Shown: positions 60,410-64,000 of the stretch, in pieces
Numbering within the stretch: the stretch's first letter is position 1
How the letters are laid out: the number at the start of each line of letters is the position of its first letter
Notes under the pieces: generated by a model
Databases searched by the model: none
What the model was told of the DNA's origin: nothing
Seen by the model: only the letters and a program-made list of their open reading frames with translations
Source of the DNA: Chiloscyllium plagiosum
Lineage: Eukaryota
Direction of reading: 5' to 3'
DNA length: 64,000 bases
NCBI RefSeq assembly: GCF_004010195.1
Contig: NC_057759.1
Coordinates: 510,264 to 574,263, forward strand
Made by a program: the position numbers and the translations under genes

Positions 60410-60815
60410 GAATGTTGTCTACACGTTAAAAACACAAGCTTGAATGTTGTCCAGGTTTTGATACTTTAGCACCTGAGGGGGTGATAAATTATTCTGAACG
60501 TTGTGTTATCTTCACTGAACATGGCCACTTCTGATCGAATGATGGAGGGAAAGATGTTGATGAAGCAGCTGAAGATGTTTGTGCCGAGGAAGCTACCATG
60601 AGGATCGGCCACAGAGATATCCATGGGCTGAGATGTTTGATTTCCACCAAACACATTGTGTTCTGCATGACCAAACTAGTTGGAAGTTTATAACTGATTC
60701 TCATAAATTTCAGTTTTGTTCGGACTTCTTGGCACTTTGCTCAGTCAAATACTGTCATGATATCAGGGCCAGTCACTTTTATGCTGCGTTCGTATCTTTT
60801 GTTCATATCAACAGG
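60410..60815 (-). mobile_element. L2/CR1-like RT fragment
   Basis: Minus strand reads PHGSFLGTNIFSCFINIFPSIIRSEVAMFSEDNT, a decayed PQGSVLGP...FADD. Confidence 0.75.
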
Positions 60816-61259
60816 TAAAAGTATGTGTATGGGGAGTGTTTTCCTCTCTCACAGTGTAGTGACTGGTGGGGCCTCTCAATCCAAGACAGTTGGTGGAACA
60901 ACATCACTGAAATGTTGGGGGGGAGGCGTGTGGGCGTGTTGTCAATGCATTTTGACACGAATTAGGCATGAACGAGAAATTGAGGTCTAGAGCAGATGAG
61001 CTCTGATTTTAATGCAAGGAAAGACAAATGTGAGGTGCTAAATAGCCTCGCATTATTACAGTATACTTCAGACTCCAGTGACTTTGCGGCCTCTTCCATT
61101 TCCTGTGTTACTGGCTGAAGGAGGCTGAACAGATGGATAATGTTGCTGTGTAACAGGATACTGTTGATACATGGCCGTTAAGTCAGCAGGGGGACGGAAA
61201 CATAAATTGTAGTTCCAGTGTCCAGAAGGTGAATAGTAGTGAGCTCAGAAATAAGGTTT

Positions 61260-64000
61260 CCAGATCATATGAGTTCACTGGCAAGCCGGAGTGTGGTTTC
61301 AATGCCAGGAGCGTGCTGAATAAGAAGGATTGCAGAATGGATTGGTACTTGGGACATCAGTGTTGCAGCCATTTTGGAGATATCGATAGAGCAAGGACAG
61401 GGATGGTTGTTACAGAATCTTGGGATTTAGATGTTTCAGTAAGAAGAGAGAAGATGGCAAAAGAGAGGGAGGTGGGGCACTATTAGTCAAGGGCAGTATT
61501 ACAATGGTAGAAAGAAAATTTGAAGACTCAACTACTGAGGTTGTATGGGCTGAGGTTAGAAACATAAAAGGCGTGGTCACCCTGTTGGGAGTTTTCTATA
61601 ATACTCCGAATAGCTTCAGAGATGTAGAGGAAAACATAGCAAAATGATTCTGGATAGGAGCCAGAGTAACAAGATAATTGTTATGGGGGACTTGATCATT
61701 CCAAATATTGACTGGAAATACGGTAGTTCTGGTCGTTTAGATGGGTCAGTTTTTGTCCAATGTGCGCCTGATGATTTCCTGACACAGTAGACAAGCTAAT
61801 AAGGGGCGAGGCTACATTGGATTTGGTACTAGGTAATGAACCTGCCCAGTGGTTAGATTTGGAGGTAATTGATCACTTTGGTGATAGTGACCACAATTCG
61901 GTTCTGGAATTTTGAGAAACTTTGTAGCTCACGTCAAGGTTCTGGATGCAAGTTTGCTCGCTGAGATGGAAGGTTCATTGTCAGACATTTCATCACCATA
62001 CTCGGTAACATCATCGGAGAGCCTCCAGTGAAGCACTGGCATTCGTGACCCGCTTTCTATTTATGTGTTTAGGTGATATCATTTCCTGTGACGATGTCAT
62101 TTGCTGTTTTGAAGTTATTTCCGGTTCTTTTTCCCAGATGCATAGGATCGGAATAGAAACTGCAGGGGACGGGCACACTTGAAATGTAGAGTTTATTCAA
62201 GGAACAGCTACTGTGTGTTCCTGGTAAGTATGTACCTGTCAGGCAGGGAGGAAATGGTCAAGCGAGGGAGCGGTGGTTTACTAAAGAAGTTGAATCTCCT
62301 GTCAAGAGGAAGAAGAAGAAGAATGTTTGGGTGAGACGTTTTATCTCAGTTCAGGCGCTTTAGTGTTCCAGGTTAGCCAGGAAAGACTTAAGAAAGAGCT
62401 AGAAGACCCAGGAGGGGGATGTCGTTTACAGATAGAATCAAGGAAAACCTAAAGTTTTCTATAAATATATCAGGAATCGAAGAATGACGAGAGAAAGTTT
62501 AGGGCCAATCAAGGATAGTGGCAGAAATTTGTCCGAGGAGATAGGGGACGTGCGAAATGAATATTTTTCGTCAGTGTTTACAATGAAAATAGACAATGTT
62601 TTCGAGGAGAATACTGAGTTGCAGTCACTAGACTAAACGGGATTGAAGTTCACAAAGTGGAGGTGTAAGCAGCTTTCTAAAGTGTGAAAGTAGATAAATG
62701 CTGTGGGCCAGATGGGATTTATCCTAGGAATCTCTGGGAAGGCAGGGAAGAGATTGCAGAGGCTTTGGCTTTCATCTCTGTGTCATCATTATCTACAGGA
62801 ATAGTGTCAGAAGACTGGAGGGTAGAAAACGTTGACCCTACTTCAAGAAAGGGATTAGAAACAACCCCATTAATTGTACACCAGCGAGCCTTACTTTGGT
62901 TGAGGGTAAAGTGTTGGAAAAAGTTATATGACACAGGATTTATTATCAAGTAGGGAGGAAAAACTTTTACTCAGGATAGTCAACACGATATTGTGAAGGT
63001 TGTTCGTGCCTGACAAACCTTATTGAGTTATTTGAGAAGGTGACCAAATAGGTGGATGAGGGTAAAGTGGTTGATGCAGTTCATGTAGATTTCAGGAAGG
63101 TGTTTGTTAAGGACCCTGCGGTACAAAATACGGAGGCATGGGATTGAGGTTGATTTAGCAGTTTGGATCAGATATTGGCTAACTGAAAATAGATAGAGTG
63201 CGGTGGTTGATGGGAAATGTTCATCCTGGAGTTCAATTACGAGTGGTAACCCTCAAGGATCTGTTTTGGAGCCATTGCTGTTTGTCATTTTTTATAAATG
63301 ATCTGGATGAGGGTGTGGATGGATGGATAAGTAAATTTGCGGATAATAGTAACGTCAGTGGAGTTGTGCTGAATGATATTGAAGTTTACAGAGGAACATA
63401 GACAGGCTGCAGAGCTGAGCTGAGAGGGAGAAAATAGAGTGCAATGTCGAACAGTGTGAGCTGATTCAGTTTGGAAGGAACATTAGGAATATAGAGTATT
63501 GGGCTAATGGTAAGATTCTTGGTAGTGTAAATGAGAAGGGATCTCGGTGTCCATGTACATAGACCCCTGAAAGTTGCCACCCAGGTTGATAGGGTTGTTA
63601 AGAAGGCATATGTGTTAGCTTTTATTGATAGAGAGATTGAGTTTCGGAGGTATGAGGTCATGTTGCAGCTGTAGAAAACTCCAATGCGGCCACAGTCCGA
63701 GTGTTGCATACAGTTCTGGTCACCGCATTACCAGAGGATGTGAAAGTGTTTAGAGGAGATGGATTAAGATATTGCCTAGTATCGAGGGAGCTTCTTATGA
63801 GGAAAGCTATGAGATTTGAGGCTGTTTTCTTCAGAGATAATAAGGTTGACGGGTGACTTCATTGAAACATGTAAGATAATCAGAGAGTTAAGTAGAGTGG
63901 ACAGTGACAGTGAGAGCCTTTGTCCTCAGATGGTGATGGCTAGCACGAGGGGTCATAGCTTTAAATTGAGATGTGATAGATATAGGACAGCTCTCCGGCG
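61260..64000 (+). mobile_element. CR1 LINE ORF2 (APE + RT), decayed, running to the window end
   Basis: Reads FNARSV, GGGALLVK, KCCGPDGIYPR, PQGSVL, INDLDEGVDGWISKFADN. The 3' part matches the family at 1-742. Confidence 0.92.
61905..62140 (-). mobile_element. PLE family B terminus nested in CR1, with hammerhead-like motif
   Basis: Minus strand reads ggaggctctCCGATGAtgttaccgagtatggtgatGAAAtgtc; homologous to 14330-14450 and 39325-39450. Confidence 0.75.

Overview
This is eukaryotic, repeat-dense vertebrate DNA, almost certainly from a cartilaginous fish (shark). The inference rests on HE1-type V-SINEs, abundant CR1 LINEs and shark-type Penelope elements. Most of the window is decayed transposable elements: many CR1 fragments, Rex1/Babar, L1, an L2/CR1-like LINE with a partner SINE, one Gmr1-like Gypsy LTR element (integrase upstream of RT) and three Penelope-like (PLE) families, plus a ~2.8 kb C/T-rich minisatellite. 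Two host genes are visible. (1) A minus-strand, multi-exon Ig-superfamily receptor pseudogene with a leukocyte-receptor-complex (LILR/KIR)-like layout: a 31-nt leader exon, a 36-nt mini-exon and two phase-1 Ig exons, with ETS/NF-kB/AP-1 motifs upstream. (2) The first coding exon of a plus-strand GPR139-like GPCR whose second exon is not found in the window. The most unusual signal is a set of very short (90-500 bp), often palindromic PLE-derived insertions. They carry minimal hammerhead-ribozyme cores (CUGANGA...GAAA-CG-UC) and are flanked by 14-18 bp target-site duplications. TE boundaries are approximate, read by eye. Most ORFs in the supplied track are TE fragments or spurious.
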